A stretch of DNA of 64,000 bases from an uncultured candidate division Zixibacteria bacterium (GTDB taxonomy: Bacteria; Zixibacteria; MSB-5A5; GN15; FEB-12): contig OY760907.1 of assembly GCA_963664195.1 (NCBI GenBank), positions 3,488,001-3,552,000 on the forward strand, read 5' to 3'. Below are positions 32,092 to 42,407 of the stretch, one piece after another. Under the pieces are notes generated by a model. It saw only the letters and a list, made by a program, of their open reading frames with translations. It made no database searches and was not told where the DNA came from. Position 1 is the first letter of the stretch. Every line of letters starts with the position of its first letter. The position numbers and the translations under genes were made by a program.

Positions 32092-35000
32092 TTACGGACA
32101 AGCCGACAGAGGATTCAAGCTTATGAACAAATGGTCAATGAGCACGGTCAAGTCACCCATCGTCACCAGCCCATCGCCACTCATGTCGACGTTACCTTCG
32201 GTAACGCAGGCCAGTGGCCCGAGGCTGATGAACAGGTGATCGATCAGGACCGTCAGGTCGCCCATAGTAACCAGGTTGTCTGGCGAGCCGTCGACATTGC
32301 CCACCGACGGTCCGGTGCAGCAACCGCTCTGCGGCTGGCCTAGAGTGTACCATCCAAGTGAGGACAATCCGGCAATCGTCACAGTGTTCAGGACGGTATC
32401 GATTGCGGCGCCGTCGAGCGTGCTCCAGGAACTACCACCGTTAGTAGATTCGTACAGCGTCAGATCGGCTTCAGCTAGTCCGTTCAACTCACGATCGGCA
32501 TAGCTGAACGTAACTGTCGCATCCAGACCGCTGTTTGTCGCGGCAGCGATGCTGAAGTACCTCGCTATTCCTGCCGCGCCACCAACTGCCTGCGGAACAC
32601 CGGTCACACGAGCAACGGTGGTAGCGCCGGGAGCAGCACCAACCGCAGCGATGCCGATTCCGAGACCACCAAAGGCTTCCGGAGTAGACTGGCTCATGGT
32701 ACGGGTTGTCCGAACCGTTCCCTGCACTACCCAGATGGAGTCCTCAACAATACTCGCAGCCGAAGCGAGTGTCACGGCGTGAGCACCGGTCGTCAGGATG
32801 CTATCCTGAAGGGCCAGCGTACCGTTGACCGTCACGTCTGCGCCAAGGGTCACGCCCTGGTTGCCACTGATAGTCAGATCACGGAGAACCGACGCCGAGG
32901 TCGGGAGTTCCGGACCTGTGGTAACAGCACCAACCGTGCTGATGTAAGCCACGTCGACGACGCTGCCAAACGTCGGCGCTGCGGTCAACTCACCGGTCGC
33001 GCGACGGATCACGGCTTCGTTGGCCATAGTCAGCACCTTATCGTCGGAAGCACCGTTGTTATCGAATATACCTGCGGACAGCGTGAGGTCGCCGTTTACC
33101 GTTGCGTTTGCATTGAGTGTGACGGTCTGATCCGAAGAGAAGATCGTGAGATCGCGGAGGATATCTGTCGCGGTCGGCAGTTCCGGTCCGGTAGTCATAC
33201 TGGCCGCGGAACTGGTGTACCGAACATCGGCCACGCCCGTGAAATCCGGTGCATTTGTGATGCTGCCCGTGGCCACCGAGATCAAGCCTGCATCGGCAAG
33301 CTCCAGAGTAACGTTGGCGTCGCTGTTGTCCAGCGAACCACTGGTCAAACGCAGCGTCCCGGCAACCGTCAGCTTGGCCGCGGATGCCGACGACAGCACC
33401 AGGTCGGCACTGTTGTTGACGATCAACGAGTCGGCGACGATGCGGTCACCGGCCAGATCCCAGAGTTTCCGGCTGTCGTCGGTATCACCGTCGAAACTGC
33501 ATTCAACATCGTAGTAGTCGATATCAGCCAGAGTCTGGTCTGATGTTGTACTGGCGTCGCGCTGATACCGCACCTTGCCATCGTTGACAAACGTTGGGGC
33601 GAACACTGTGGAGGTGGCATACGCTTTGAAGACACCTCCTCTATTCAAGATCACAGCCGACGAATCGAACCAGATGTCGCTTGAGGTCACACTATGTAGC
33701 GATGCGCCGGAGTCGACCGTTATCGTTCCCGGATTGAATTCCGGGCCATAAGTCGAACTGTACATACCGGTCCCAAGTTTTACTTCGCCGCAAGCTTTGA
33801 TATCAATACCGGCGATATGAATGTCATAGGAACTGGCATCGTAGAATTCGACCTGACCGAACACGGTCATACGGCCGATCTGCGAACCGACACCACTGCG
33901 AATGAAGTGTGTGCCGTCTCCGTCAACAAGAAGGAACTCACCCTGCTCACCGACGGTGATTGTCAAATCCTGGTTGTTGGTATGATTGCCGCTGCTCGCC
34001 CAGCGCGCCTCCAAATCATCATCCGCAGCAAGAATCAGCTTGCCAGTTACGATATCGAGGCTGTTCTGAAGGGCGAGTCGCATACCGGTACCGGCAGTTG
34101 TGACGACTGTGCCGGAGTCCTTGGCGATAATGACGTCGCGAAGAGAAGTCGACCCACCGGTGGTGCTCCAGCCGGAAAGCGTCTGCTCTGCCCCGCCGGC
34201 AAACTTGATGAAGGCACTGTCGGAGGACCAGCCGGCTGAAAACACGTTGTGTTCTTCACTGTAGAGCGTAACGTCTCCGTAGACAGTCAACAGACCTCGC
34301 GCATTCATGTCAATAAGCGCGTCGTTGCCACCAAACGTCATGGCCGCACACTCCGCAAACTCGTCATCAACCGATACCGTATGTCCGGCCAGGATGTAGA
34401 TATCATCGGTGGAAGTCGGGAGATTGCCGCCCTGCCAGGTTGCGGGATCGGTCCACGAGCCGGACTGTGCCGAGACAACCAAACCTTCGAGAGACGCACC
34501 GGAGAGAGTCCAGCGGGAGAATCCGTTGATACCGGACAGCGTCACCGTGTTTTCAACAGGATCAACGACGCCGCCGCGAAGCGACCACGTTGCCCCGCCG
34601 TCAACCGAGGAGAACAATGACAGACTGTCCTCGGCGATGCCGTTGAGTTCGGTGTCTCCGTAGTGGAAGACCATCGTTGCCGCAAGGCCGGCGTTTGTGG
34701 ACGGAGTTATGTCAAAATAACGCAAGACGCTCGGTGTGCCGTTAACATCCTGAGCCTCACCGGTCACACGAAGGACCGTCGTGGCTCCCGGCGCGTCGCC
34801 GGAAGCAGTAAGCTCAACGCCAATGCCACCAAAATCTTCCTCGATTGACTGGGCCATAGTAGCGGAGGAAGCCAGATTGCCGCGCACCGTGAAACCGGCG
34901 TCTTCGACAATCGAAGCACCCTCGGCCAACGTGACCGTGTAGGTATCGGTGATGAGATCACTCCCATTGAGCGAGAGGATGCCGTTCACCGTCACGTCTG

Positions 35001-37653
35001 CCCCCAGAGTAACACCTTCATCCCCGGTGACCGTCAGGTCGTTGAGAGTCGAGGCCCCCGTCGGCAATTCGAAACCTGTGGTCACGTGACTGACGGTGCT
35101 GATGTACTCAACATTGACGCCAGCCGCAAATGCGGGCGCCACCGTCAATTCGCCGGTAGCGCGACGGATCGTGGACCCATCGGCCATCGTCAGCGTGAAG
35201 TCATCTTCGTCGCCATCGTTGTCAAGGCTGCCCAATGACAGGGTCAGATCGCCGTTGACAGTAGCGTCGGCACCAAGCGTAACCACCTGCCCTGAGGAAT
35301 AGATCGTCAGGTTGTCAAGTGCAGAGGCTGAAGTCGGCAGTTCCGGACCGGTCGTCACCGAAGTCGAGGAACTGCTGTATTTCACGCTTGCCGAGCCGAC
35401 AAACGAAGGAGCGGATGTGATTTCACCGGTTGCACGGGATATCCATGCGCCGTCGCCTACAGCCAGCAATACATTGGCGTCGCTGTTGTCTATCGTCCCG
35501 CTGGTGAGCCGCACCGTGCCGTCTACCGTAAGTGTGTAAGGCGACAACGCACTGATAACGAGATCGGCGCTGTTGTTTATCGTAAGGCTGTCGCCTACAG
35601 TACGATTGTCAGCCAGTTCCCACAGCTTTCGACTGTCATCGGTGTCGCCGTCGAAACTGCACTCAACACCGAAGTAATCCATGTCGACCAGAGTTTGATC
35701 CGAAGTGGTGCTGATGTCGCGCTGGTATCTTACCTTGCCGTTGTTGGTGAATATCTCGGGAAACACCGTGGTCGTCGCTGTGGTCCGGTACTCGCCGCCC
35801 GGATTGATAACTACCGCGGCGGAATCAAACCAAACGTCTGAGGATGTCAGACACATCACTATGCCGCCGGAATCAATCGTAATGGTTCCCGGATTCAACT
35901 CCGGTCCGTAGCTGCTGCTGTACAAGCCGGTGCCGATTTCCAGCGTGCCGCCCGCGAGGACATCAATATCGGCGATGCTGATGTCAGATGAACTGCCGTC
36001 TGTCAGCACTACGGTGCCGCTTACGGTCATCTTTCCTATAGGCGTCGAACCGGTGTTGCTTCGGATCCAATGGGTTCCGTCACCATCGACGAGCGTGAAC
36101 ACACCGTCAGCCTGAACCGTGATTTCCAGATTCTGGTTGTCGGTCAGGTTACCGGAACTCGCCCAGCGGGCTTCGAAATTATCGTCGGCAGCCAGAATGA
36201 ACTCGCCACCGATGATCTCCAGGCTGTTCTGAACTGCAAAACGCATTCCGTTGCCAGCCGTGGATACTACCGTGCCGGCATCTTTGTCGATAACCAGATC
36301 CCGGAACGAGGTCGAACCGCCTGTGGTACTCCATCCGCTCAGCGTCTGTGTCGGCTCGGCACCGGCCAGAACGATCTTCGCGTCGGTACCGGACCATCCG
36401 GCCGAGAAAACGTTGTGTTCTTCGCTGAACAGTGTGAAATCACCGTAAACAGTCAGACGACTATCGGCGTTCATGTCGATGTGGGAGGCCGTATCACCAA
36501 AAGTCATCGAATGACATTCGGGCGAAGCATCGTCTATCGAGATCGTATGCCCGGCAGCGATAACGACATCGTCATTGCTGGTTGGCACCACTCCCCCAAC
36601 CCAGGTGTTCACGTCGAGCCACTCGCCTGATTGAGCGGTGACAACTTCACCTTCGGCCGGAAACGTCAGTGCCACAGCATTCACCAGCTTTTGCCAATTC
36701 GCTTCCGTATCGCGAAGCCCAGTCCAAGCTTGTTCCAGATGAATGAACTGGCCGGTCGTGGAGGTGGCCGCCTGCGAGCACGGGTCAGCGACGCCGTTCA
36801 CCAATCGACCTTGCACATTTGTTACACCGATCATGCGATCCCAGTCGGTGTCAATATGGGCGATCTTGAAAGTCAGACTGTTGTCCTGATTCAAGAGGTT
36901 GTCCCTGAGAGTCGGAAGATAATCCACAGTCGGAGTCAGTTTTGTCCCGTTACTCATTACCAGGTGTGGGTCCCCGCTCTCCATAGTAAAACCGTGAGGC
37001 TGAATAATAACGAGGTCTCCGTCAACCGCCAGCAGTTCCTCGGTCATGGCCTGGAACGTACCGTCGACAATGTGAGCCTGATCGCAATTGCGATACGGTT
37101 CGGCAGTCTCGCTGCAGGAAGTAGAAGTCCCCGCACAGGGGGTGTATGACGAGGAGTTGCACTTGTGAGTCCCGGCCAGACAGTACACCCAGGCACCGTC
37201 CTGCTTGAACACACGGAATCCCTGCTCTCCCGTGTTACGATTCTGCAACGGGTGCGGAGCCTGAATGACCAACTTAGAGCGACTCGGATTCGGATTGAAT
37301 ACGTAAGTCCCCCAGTAGTTGGCAGTCGAACCCGGGGTCATCTCCAGAATGTAGTAGACACGTCCCGGAACGGTCGTGTTGTCGGTAAACTCGACCACCC
37401 GGTATTCCAGAGATGATGCCGTGGTATTCGCAGACGCATAATCCTCGTCCAGAATATCCTGAACGATCTGGCGCCATTGTTGGTCTGCCGTGGTGTTTGG
37501 TGTCGAGTACTTGTCCATGTCACCAGCGTCTTCACCAGGGATGGTGGTGATGATGCTGTCGATGTGGCTGACAATGTCACCGCTGTCAATGACCTGTCCG
37601 CAGATACTTGTACTGATCAGGAATACCCCGATAAGCGCTAGCTTTAGATACAC
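32092..37653 (-). CDS. Giant secreted protein: Zn-hydrolase-like N-domain, two tandem ~720-aa beta-rich modules, dockerin-like tail
   Basis: AGGAGGAG RBS + GTG, signal peptide; APHP / QPHGF / FIHLEQ motifs; duplicated AQSGxWxDxxTW module; shared tail. Confidence 0.85.
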   Translation of the reverse strand: MYLKLALIGVFLISTSICGQVIDSGDIVSHIDSIITTIPGEDAGDMDKYSTPNTTADQQWRQIVQDILDEDYASANTTASSLEYRVVEFTDNTTVPGRVYYILEMTPGSTANYWGTYVFNPNPSRSKLVIQAPHPLQNRNTGEQGFRVFKQDGAWVYCLAGTHKCNSSSYTPCAGTSTSCSETAEPYRNCDQAHIVDGTFQAMTEELLAVDGDLVIIQPHGFTMESGDPHLVMSNGTKLTPTVDYLPTLRDNLLNQDNSLTFKIAHIDTDWDRMIGVTNVQGRLVNGVADPCSQAATSTTGQFIHLEQAWTGLRDTEANWQKLVNAVALTFPAEGEVVTAQSGEWLDVNTWVGGVVPTSNDDVVIAAGHTISIDDASPECHSMTFGDTASHIDMNADSRLTVYGDFTLFSEEHNVFSAGWSGTDAKIVLAGAEPTQTLSGWSTTGGSTSFRDLVIDKDAGTVVSTAGNGMRFAVQNSLEIIGGEFILAADDNFEARWASSGNLTDNQNLEITVQADGVFTLVDGDGTHWIRSNTGSTPIGKMTVSGTVVLTDGSSSDISIADIDVLAGGTLEIGTGLYSSSYGPELNPGTITIDSGGIVMCLTSSDVWFDSAAVVINPGGEYRTTATTTVFPEIFTNNGKVRYQRDISTTSDQTLVDMDYFGVECSFDGDTDDSRKLWELADNRTVGDSLTINNSADLVISALSPYTLTVDGTVRLTSGTIDNSDANVLLAVGDGAWISRATGEITSAPSFVGSASVKYSSSSTSVTTGPELPTSASALDNLTIYSSGQVVTLGADATVNGDLTLSLGSLDNDGDEDDFTLTMADGSTIRRATGELTVAPAFAAGVNVEYISTVSHVTTGFELPTGASTLNDLTVTGDEGVTLGADVTVNGILSLNGSDLITDTYTVTLAEGASIVEDAGFTVRGNLASSATMAQSIEEDFGGIGVELTASGDAPGATTVLRVTGEAQDVNGTPSVLRYFDITPSTNAGLAATMVFHYGDTELNGIAEDSLSLFSSVDGGATWSLRGGVVDPVENTVTLSGINGFSRWTLSGASLEGLVVSAQSGSWTDPATWQGGNLPTSTDDIYILAGHTVSVDDEFAECAAMTFGGNDALIDMNARGLLTVYGDVTLYSEEHNVFSAGWSSDSAFIKFAGGAEQTLSGWSTTGGSTSLRDVIIAKDSGTVVTTAGTGMRLALQNSLDIVTGKLILAADDDLEARWASSGNHTNNQDLTITVGEQGEFLLVDGDGTHFIRSGVGSQIGRMTVFGQVEFYDASSYDIHIAGIDIKACGEVKLGTGMYSSTYGPEFNPGTITVDSGASLHSVTSSDIWFDSSAVILNRGGVFKAYATSTVFAPTFVNDGKVRYQRDASTTSDQTLADIDYYDVECSFDGDTDDSRKLWDLAGDRIVADSLIVNNSADLVLSSASAAKLTVAGTLRLTSGSLDNSDANVTLELADAGLISVATGSITNAPDFTGVADVRYTSSAASMTTGPELPTATDILRDLTIFSSDQTVTLNANATVNGDLTLSAGIFDNNGASDDKVLTMANEAVIRRATGELTAAPTFGSVVDVAYISTVGAVTTGPELPTSASVLRDLTISGNQGVTLGADVTVNGTLALQDSILTTGAHAVTLASAASIVEDSIWVVQGTVRTTRTMSQSTPEAFGGLGIGIAAVGAAPGATTVARVTGVPQAVGGAAGIARYFSIAAATNSGLDATVTFSYADRELNGLAEADLTLYESTNGGSSWSTLDGAAIDTVLNTVTIAGLSSLGWYTLGQPQSGCCTGPSVGNVDGSPDNLVTMGDLTVLIDHLFISLGPLACVTEGNVDMSGDGLVTMGDLTVLIDHLFISLNPLSACP

Positions 37654-37786
37654 GTTGTTACTCCTCCTGCAATGCGGTGAAGACCCTTCAGCGTCTCCCC
37701 GGACTGCACTTAGCTATCGTCCGTTGGTCGAACTCGCCTCCTGATTCGACCTCTGTTTATTGTCCGCTTCAATCCGTCCATTAGTA

Positions 37787-38866
37787 TCAGAAAAGCCCCT
37801 GGTCACAAGTCATGTTGATCAGTGCCTGCGCAACCGCGGGCGAGGTTGATTCCAAGACATGGCTGATGGACGCAATCGCCTCGTTGTCAACGGGGACACG
37901 TGAGACGACCTCAACCTGAATGTCTGTTCTAGCATACCGATTACACAGAGTTGGCCGAAAAAGAAAATCCGCCATGGCCGCATTCGGATCCAGTGCGGTC
38001 ACCTCTCTCCCGAAAACACCGGCAAATGAGCCGGCGAAGACATCACGGGCATAACCGTAATGCGTGCAGCAAAGGCCAACAAACAACCTGCCGGTGTTGT
38101 CAGGAGACTGCTTCTCCAGTGCGTCAACAGCATACATGTCGATCATCGCCGCAACGACGTCACTGGACGGATCGGCCTGTATTTCGCTTTCGAGCATATC
38201 GCAACCCTGCGTGACTACGCGCAATGGGTCAATCCCACGATCTATGAGCAACTGTCGGTGTTTCCCGGATTCAATAGTGGTCGGCGTCCCCACGATGACC
38301 ACAGAGGCCTTCGTGTCCTCAGTCAGCGCTCGCTGCATCATGTCCACGCCAAACTCGACAATCCCCACCACCGGAATCGGAGCCGTCTTAGCGAATTCAG
38401 TCTCGTCGTAAACGACCGACAACGTGTTGCAGGCAATGAGTATGACGTCAGGCGCGTATCGCTTCTGGCATCCAGCCAAAGCTGCTGAAAACGCCGCTGC
38501 CTTCTCCTGGCTGTTGGCCATGCGGTTGTACGGGCGATCCTCATCGGGAAGGGCATTCGCAAAAACCAACCGGACAGCCCCGAACGGATGGCACTCTCGA
38601 AGCTTCTGCTCCATGGCGGCCACCACTGACAGGCCACCCAGCCCGGAGTCAGTGATCAATACCGTGATCTCATCGCGTTGATAGAGCGAATCAACAGAGC
38701 TAGCAGAGGGAGTTTTCTGGGATGATCCGTCGGTGCAGGAGATTGGCGACAGAGCTACTGACAATAGAGCGACGGCAATTGCCACAAAGCGAGATGACCT
38801 TCGCAACGATCTAAGAAGTCCGCAAAATGTGCTCGCAGATATCACGAGAATAACGCCTCCGAACAA
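37787..38866 (-). CDS. Asp/Glu racemase family protein with predicted lipoprotein signal (start uncertain)
   Basis: DSGLGGLSV, IACNT, GTPTT, CCTHY; N-terminal hydrophobic stretch ending PISC. Confidence 0.82.
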   Translation of the reverse strand: MFGGVILVISASTFCGLLRSLRRSSRFVAIAVALLSVALSPISCTDGSSQKTPSASSVDSLYQRDEITVLITDSGLGGLSVVAAMEQKLRECHPFGAVRLVFANALPDEDRPYNRMANSQEKAAAFSAALAGCQKRYAPDVILIACNTLSVVYDETEFAKTAPIPVVGIVEFGVDMMQRALTEDTKASVVIVGTPTTIESGKHRQLLIDRGIDPLRVVTQGCDMLESEIQADPSSDVVAAMIDMYAVDALEKQSPDNTGRLFVGLCCTHYGYARDVFAGSFAGVFGREVTALDPNAAMADFLFRPTLCNRYARTDIQVEVVSRVPVDNEAIASISHVLESTSPAVAQALINMTCDQGLF

Positions 38867-39010
38867 TCAGGAGCTTCAACGAGTAATTTCGATACCTGCC
38901 GGCCCCGGCTGGCTTCCGGGTGCGCAATCCGGCATCGGACGGGAATCCTTGTCGACAAGTAAAACAGGCACTACATGTGTAACGTCCGAGGGTCTATCCA
39001 CCTTGGGACA

Positions 39011-39027
39011 TTCAAAATCCGTGCCAA
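39011..39027 (-). promoter_or_regulatory. Putative sigma54 -24/-12 promoter upstream of racemase
   Basis: minus strand TTGGCACG-GATT-TTGAA. Confidence 0.55.
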
Positions 39028-39150
39028 TCATCCCCCCCTTGCATGTCAATAACTTACGCCCCATCAACGACTTGCATACCCCCTTTCGCGAGCGATTATA
39101 GCACAATTCCCCGTGCGCATTTCGCCCGAAACCGCCCCCGGGATAAGACC

Positions 39151-39188
39151 AAAGAAATAGAGCCGCCCGGACGAATCCGCGACGGCTC
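39151..39188 (-). terminator. Intrinsic terminator after 39217 gene
   Basis: minus strand gagccgtc...ggcggctc + tatttcttt. Confidence 0.6.
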
Positions 39189-39216
39189 CAGAGTATCCGG
39201 GAAGGATATTGCTCGA

Positions 39217-42200
39217 TTACGGGCACGCCGGAAGGGGGGCCAGACTGATAAACAGAGCATCTATCAAAGCCGTCAGATCACCCATCGTCACCAGGCCGTC
39301 CGCGCTCAGATCCACGTTGCCTTCCTCCACACAACCCAGTGGAGTCAGGCTGATGAAAAGGTGATCGATTAACGTCGTCAGGTCGCCCATCGTCACGAGG
39401 TTGTCAGGCGATGCGTCCACGTTGCCCACGGACGGTCCCGTGCAGCAACCTCCGGACTGCACTTCCGCGAGAGTCAGGCGCGACAATGCAGCAATCCCGG
39501 TAACAGTCACCGTGTTTAGATTCGGATCGCCAACACCGCCGAGGTCAGTCCAGAGAGTGCCGCCGTCAGTGGACATGTACACAGTCAGTTCGCTTTCAGA
39601 AAGGCTGCCCAATTCTTGATCGGCGTAGTGGAATACAACCGTTGCATCCAATCCGCTGTTCGTGGCCGGAGCAACATCAAAATAGCGGCTGACACTGGTC
39701 TCGCCATTGACTGATTGCGGAGTACCGGTCACTCGGGTTACAACCGTGGCGCCGGGCACGGCACCCTCGGCAGTAATCTCCAGACCAAGTCCTCCAAACG
39801 ATTCAGCCGTTGACTGAGTCATGTCGCGAGTAGTCTGTACAGTACCTTCAACCACCCAGATCGAGTCTTCGACTATCGCGGCCGAGGAACCGAGAGTCAC
39901 CGCATGTGCACCCGTAATCAGCGTACTGTCCTGCAGAGTCAACGTCCCGTTGACAGTAACGTTTGCACCCAGCGTGACACCCTTGTTCCCGACGATAGTC
40001 AGATTGCGCAGAGCCGTACCCGACGTCGGCAATTCCGGTCCGGTGACGACACCTGCCGAGGTGCTTGTGTACCTGACATCGACCACTCCGGCAAACACCG
40101 GCGGATCGGAAAGCTCACCGGTGGCACGCGAAATCTCGCAGGCGTCTCCGATCTGAAGGGTAACATTGCCATCGCTGTTATCGACCGAACCGCTCGTCAA
40201 ACGAAGTGTCCCGGTCACCGTCAGGACCGCGTCTCCCGACGACGACAGCACAAGATCAGCACTGTTGTTAATGATCAGGCTGTCTGCGACCGTACGGTCT
40301 TCAGCCACGTCCCACAGTTTGCGGCTGTCGTCGGTGTCTCCGTCGAAACTGAACTCCACGTCGTGATAGTCACTGTCGACTACAGTCTGATCGGAAGTGG
40401 AACTCGTACTGCGCTGGTAGCGTACCTTGCCGTCGTTGACGAACGTCGGGGCGAATACCGTGCTCGCAGACGAGGTCTTGTAGACACCTCCACGATTAAC
40501 GATTACAGACGCCGTGTCAAACCAGACATCGCTGGTCGTAACGCAGTATGCTGCACCTCCGGAGTCTATCGTGATCGTACCCGGATTGAATTCAGCGCCA
40601 TAGGTTGAGCTATACATACCCGTGCCGATTTTTACCTCACCACCGGCTTCAATATCGATACCGCCGATATGGATGTCGTACGAACTGGCGTCATAGAACT
40701 CAGCCTGTCCATACACCGTCATCTTCCCTATCTGGGAGCCGATGCCGCTGCGAATGAAATGGGTGCCGTCACCGTCGACCAGAACAAACTCACCCTGTTC
40801 ACGGACGGTTATGAGTAGATTCTGATCATTAGTGTGGTTGCCGCTGCTTGTCCAGCGAGCTTCCAGATCGTCGTCCGATGCCAGTACCAGCTTGCCGCTG
40901 ATGATATCCAGGCTGTTCTGAATACCGAGGCGCATACCGACGCCAGCGGTGGTCACGATTGCCGTAGAGTCTTTATCGATGATGACATCGCGAAACGAGG
41001 TCGAGCCGCCGGTGGTGCTGAATCCGTAGAGAGTCTGCTCAGCGCCGCCCGCGAACCGGATGAAAGAGCTGTCCGAAGACCAGCCCGCCGAGAATGCGTT
41101 GTGGTCTTCGCTGAAGAGAGAAAAGTCGCCGTAAACGGTCAGCCGGCTATCGGCATTCATGTCGATCAACGCGTCATTGCCACCAAAAGTTACGTCCGCA
41201 CACACGCAGGTCGTATCATCAACCGAAACGGTGTGGCCAGCCGAGATCACTACATCGTCCGAAATGCCGGGTACCACTCCACCTTGCCAGGTATCAGGGT
41301 CGAGCCATTCGCCGGATTGAGCAGACCCGAAAGCGTTTTGTACCGGGAACGTTGCCACGACAGCATTCGCCAGCTTATACCAGTTGGCCTCAGTGTCGCG
41401 AAGACCGGTATAGGCCTGTTCCAAATGAAGGAATCGCCCGGTCGATTCGCTCGCGTAGCTGCCACACGGATCGGCGCAGTTATTCATCAGTCTACCTTGA
41501 GTGTTCGTCTCCGCTATCAGTTTTGTCCAGCTCAGGTCAATATGGGCTACTTTGAACGTCAGGGTCGCGTCCTGATTGAGCAGGTTGTCGCGGAGCTGCA
41601 ACAGAAGATCATCACCCGGAGTGAACCGGGTTCCGTTGCTCATGATGATGTCAGGGTCGTCATTCCCTTTGGAAAAACCGTGAGGTTGAATTACCACCAT
41701 CTCCGGCATCGCCGACAGCATTTCCTCGGTCGTAACCTGGAACGTGCCCAAAACCACGTGCGGTTGGTCGGAATACTGATACGAGTCCCAGTCGCCGGTG
41801 CAGACAGTCGATTGACCGTCACACGGCGACAACGTGACGCCGTTGCAGCGATGCGTCCCCGAGACGAACCAGGCCCTGGCACCGGCCAGTTTGAATACAA
41901 GAAATCCCTGCCCGCCTGTGTGAAGATCGTGCAGCGGGTGCGGGCACTCAATAACCAGGTTCGGACGAACCGCGCTGGGGTTGAACACAAACGTTCCCCA
42001 GTACCGCGAGCTGGAAACGGGAGTCCTCTCCAGGATGTAGTACACCTTGTCTGGAGATACCGAGTTATCGGTGAATTCAACCACTTGATAGCTGAGTCCG
42101 GCCGCGATGGAATCGGCAACGTCGTAGTGTTCCGCCAGGATGTTCTGCACGATGAGCCGCCAGGTGTCTCGTGATGAGCTTCCCGGCTGCAGGTATACAC

Positions 42201-42333
42201 CCTGGGGAGTCGATCCCGGAATAGAACTGATGATGCTGTCCACATGGGCGGTGATGTCACCGCTTTGAACAACCTGACCGCTGACACTTGCGCTCAGTAG
42301 GAGGATGAGAATGAGTAGGAACTTCGTAAACAT
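39217..42333 (-). CDS. Large secreted protein: Zn-hydrolase-like N-domain, one beta-rich module, dockerin-like tail (paralog of 32092..37653)
   Basis: GGAG RBS + ATG 42333, signal peptide; CPHPLHD / QPHGF / FLHLEQ; shared tail. Confidence 0.85.
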   Translation of the reverse strand: MFTKFLLILILLLSASVSGQVVQSGDITAHVDSIISSIPGSTPQGVYLQPGSSSRDTWRLIVQNILAEHYDVADSIAAGLSYQVVEFTDNSVSPDKVYYILERTPVSSSRYWGTFVFNPSAVRPNLVIECPHPLHDLHTGGQGFLVFKLAGARAWFVSGTHRCNGVTLSPCDGQSTVCTGDWDSYQYSDQPHVVLGTFQVTTEEMLSAMPEMVVIQPHGFSKGNDDPDIIMSNGTRFTPGDDLLLQLRDNLLNQDATLTFKVAHIDLSWTKLIAETNTQGRLMNNCADPCGSYASESTGRFLHLEQAYTGLRDTEANWYKLANAVVATFPVQNAFGSAQSGEWLDPDTWQGGVVPGISDDVVISAGHTVSVDDTTCVCADVTFGGNDALIDMNADSRLTVYGDFSLFSEDHNAFSAGWSSDSSFIRFAGGAEQTLYGFSTTGGSTSFRDVIIDKDSTAIVTTAGVGMRLGIQNSLDIISGKLVLASDDDLEARWTSSGNHTNDQNLLITVREQGEFVLVDGDGTHFIRSGIGSQIGKMTVYGQAEFYDASSYDIHIGGIDIEAGGEVKIGTGMYSSTYGAEFNPGTITIDSGGAAYCVTTSDVWFDTASVIVNRGGVYKTSSASTVFAPTFVNDGKVRYQRSTSSTSDQTVVDSDYHDVEFSFDGDTDDSRKLWDVAEDRTVADSLIINNSADLVLSSSGDAVLTVTGTLRLTSGSVDNSDGNVTLQIGDACEISRATGELSDPPVFAGVVDVRYTSTSAGVVTGPELPTSGTALRNLTIVGNKGVTLGANVTVNGTLTLQDSTLITGAHAVTLGSSAAIVEDSIWVVEGTVQTTRDMTQSTAESFGGLGLEITAEGAVPGATVVTRVTGTPQSVNGETSVSRYFDVAPATNSGLDATVVFHYADQELGSLSESELTVYMSTDGGTLWTDLGGVGDPNLNTVTVTGIAALSRLTLAEVQSGGCCTGPSVGNVDASPDNLVTMGDLTTLIDHLFISLTPLGCVEEGNVDLSADGLVTMGDLTALIDALFISLAPLPACP

Positions 42334-42407
42334 GGTTGATCTCCAGGAGTCTCTCTCAAATCGAGATATGAAGTGCAAAATGATTTCACATTGTATATTG
42401 TATGGAG

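Noticed and set aside
40834..42174. 446-aa plus-strand ORF
   Set aside because: Antisense shadow of the real minus-strand gene; no motifs
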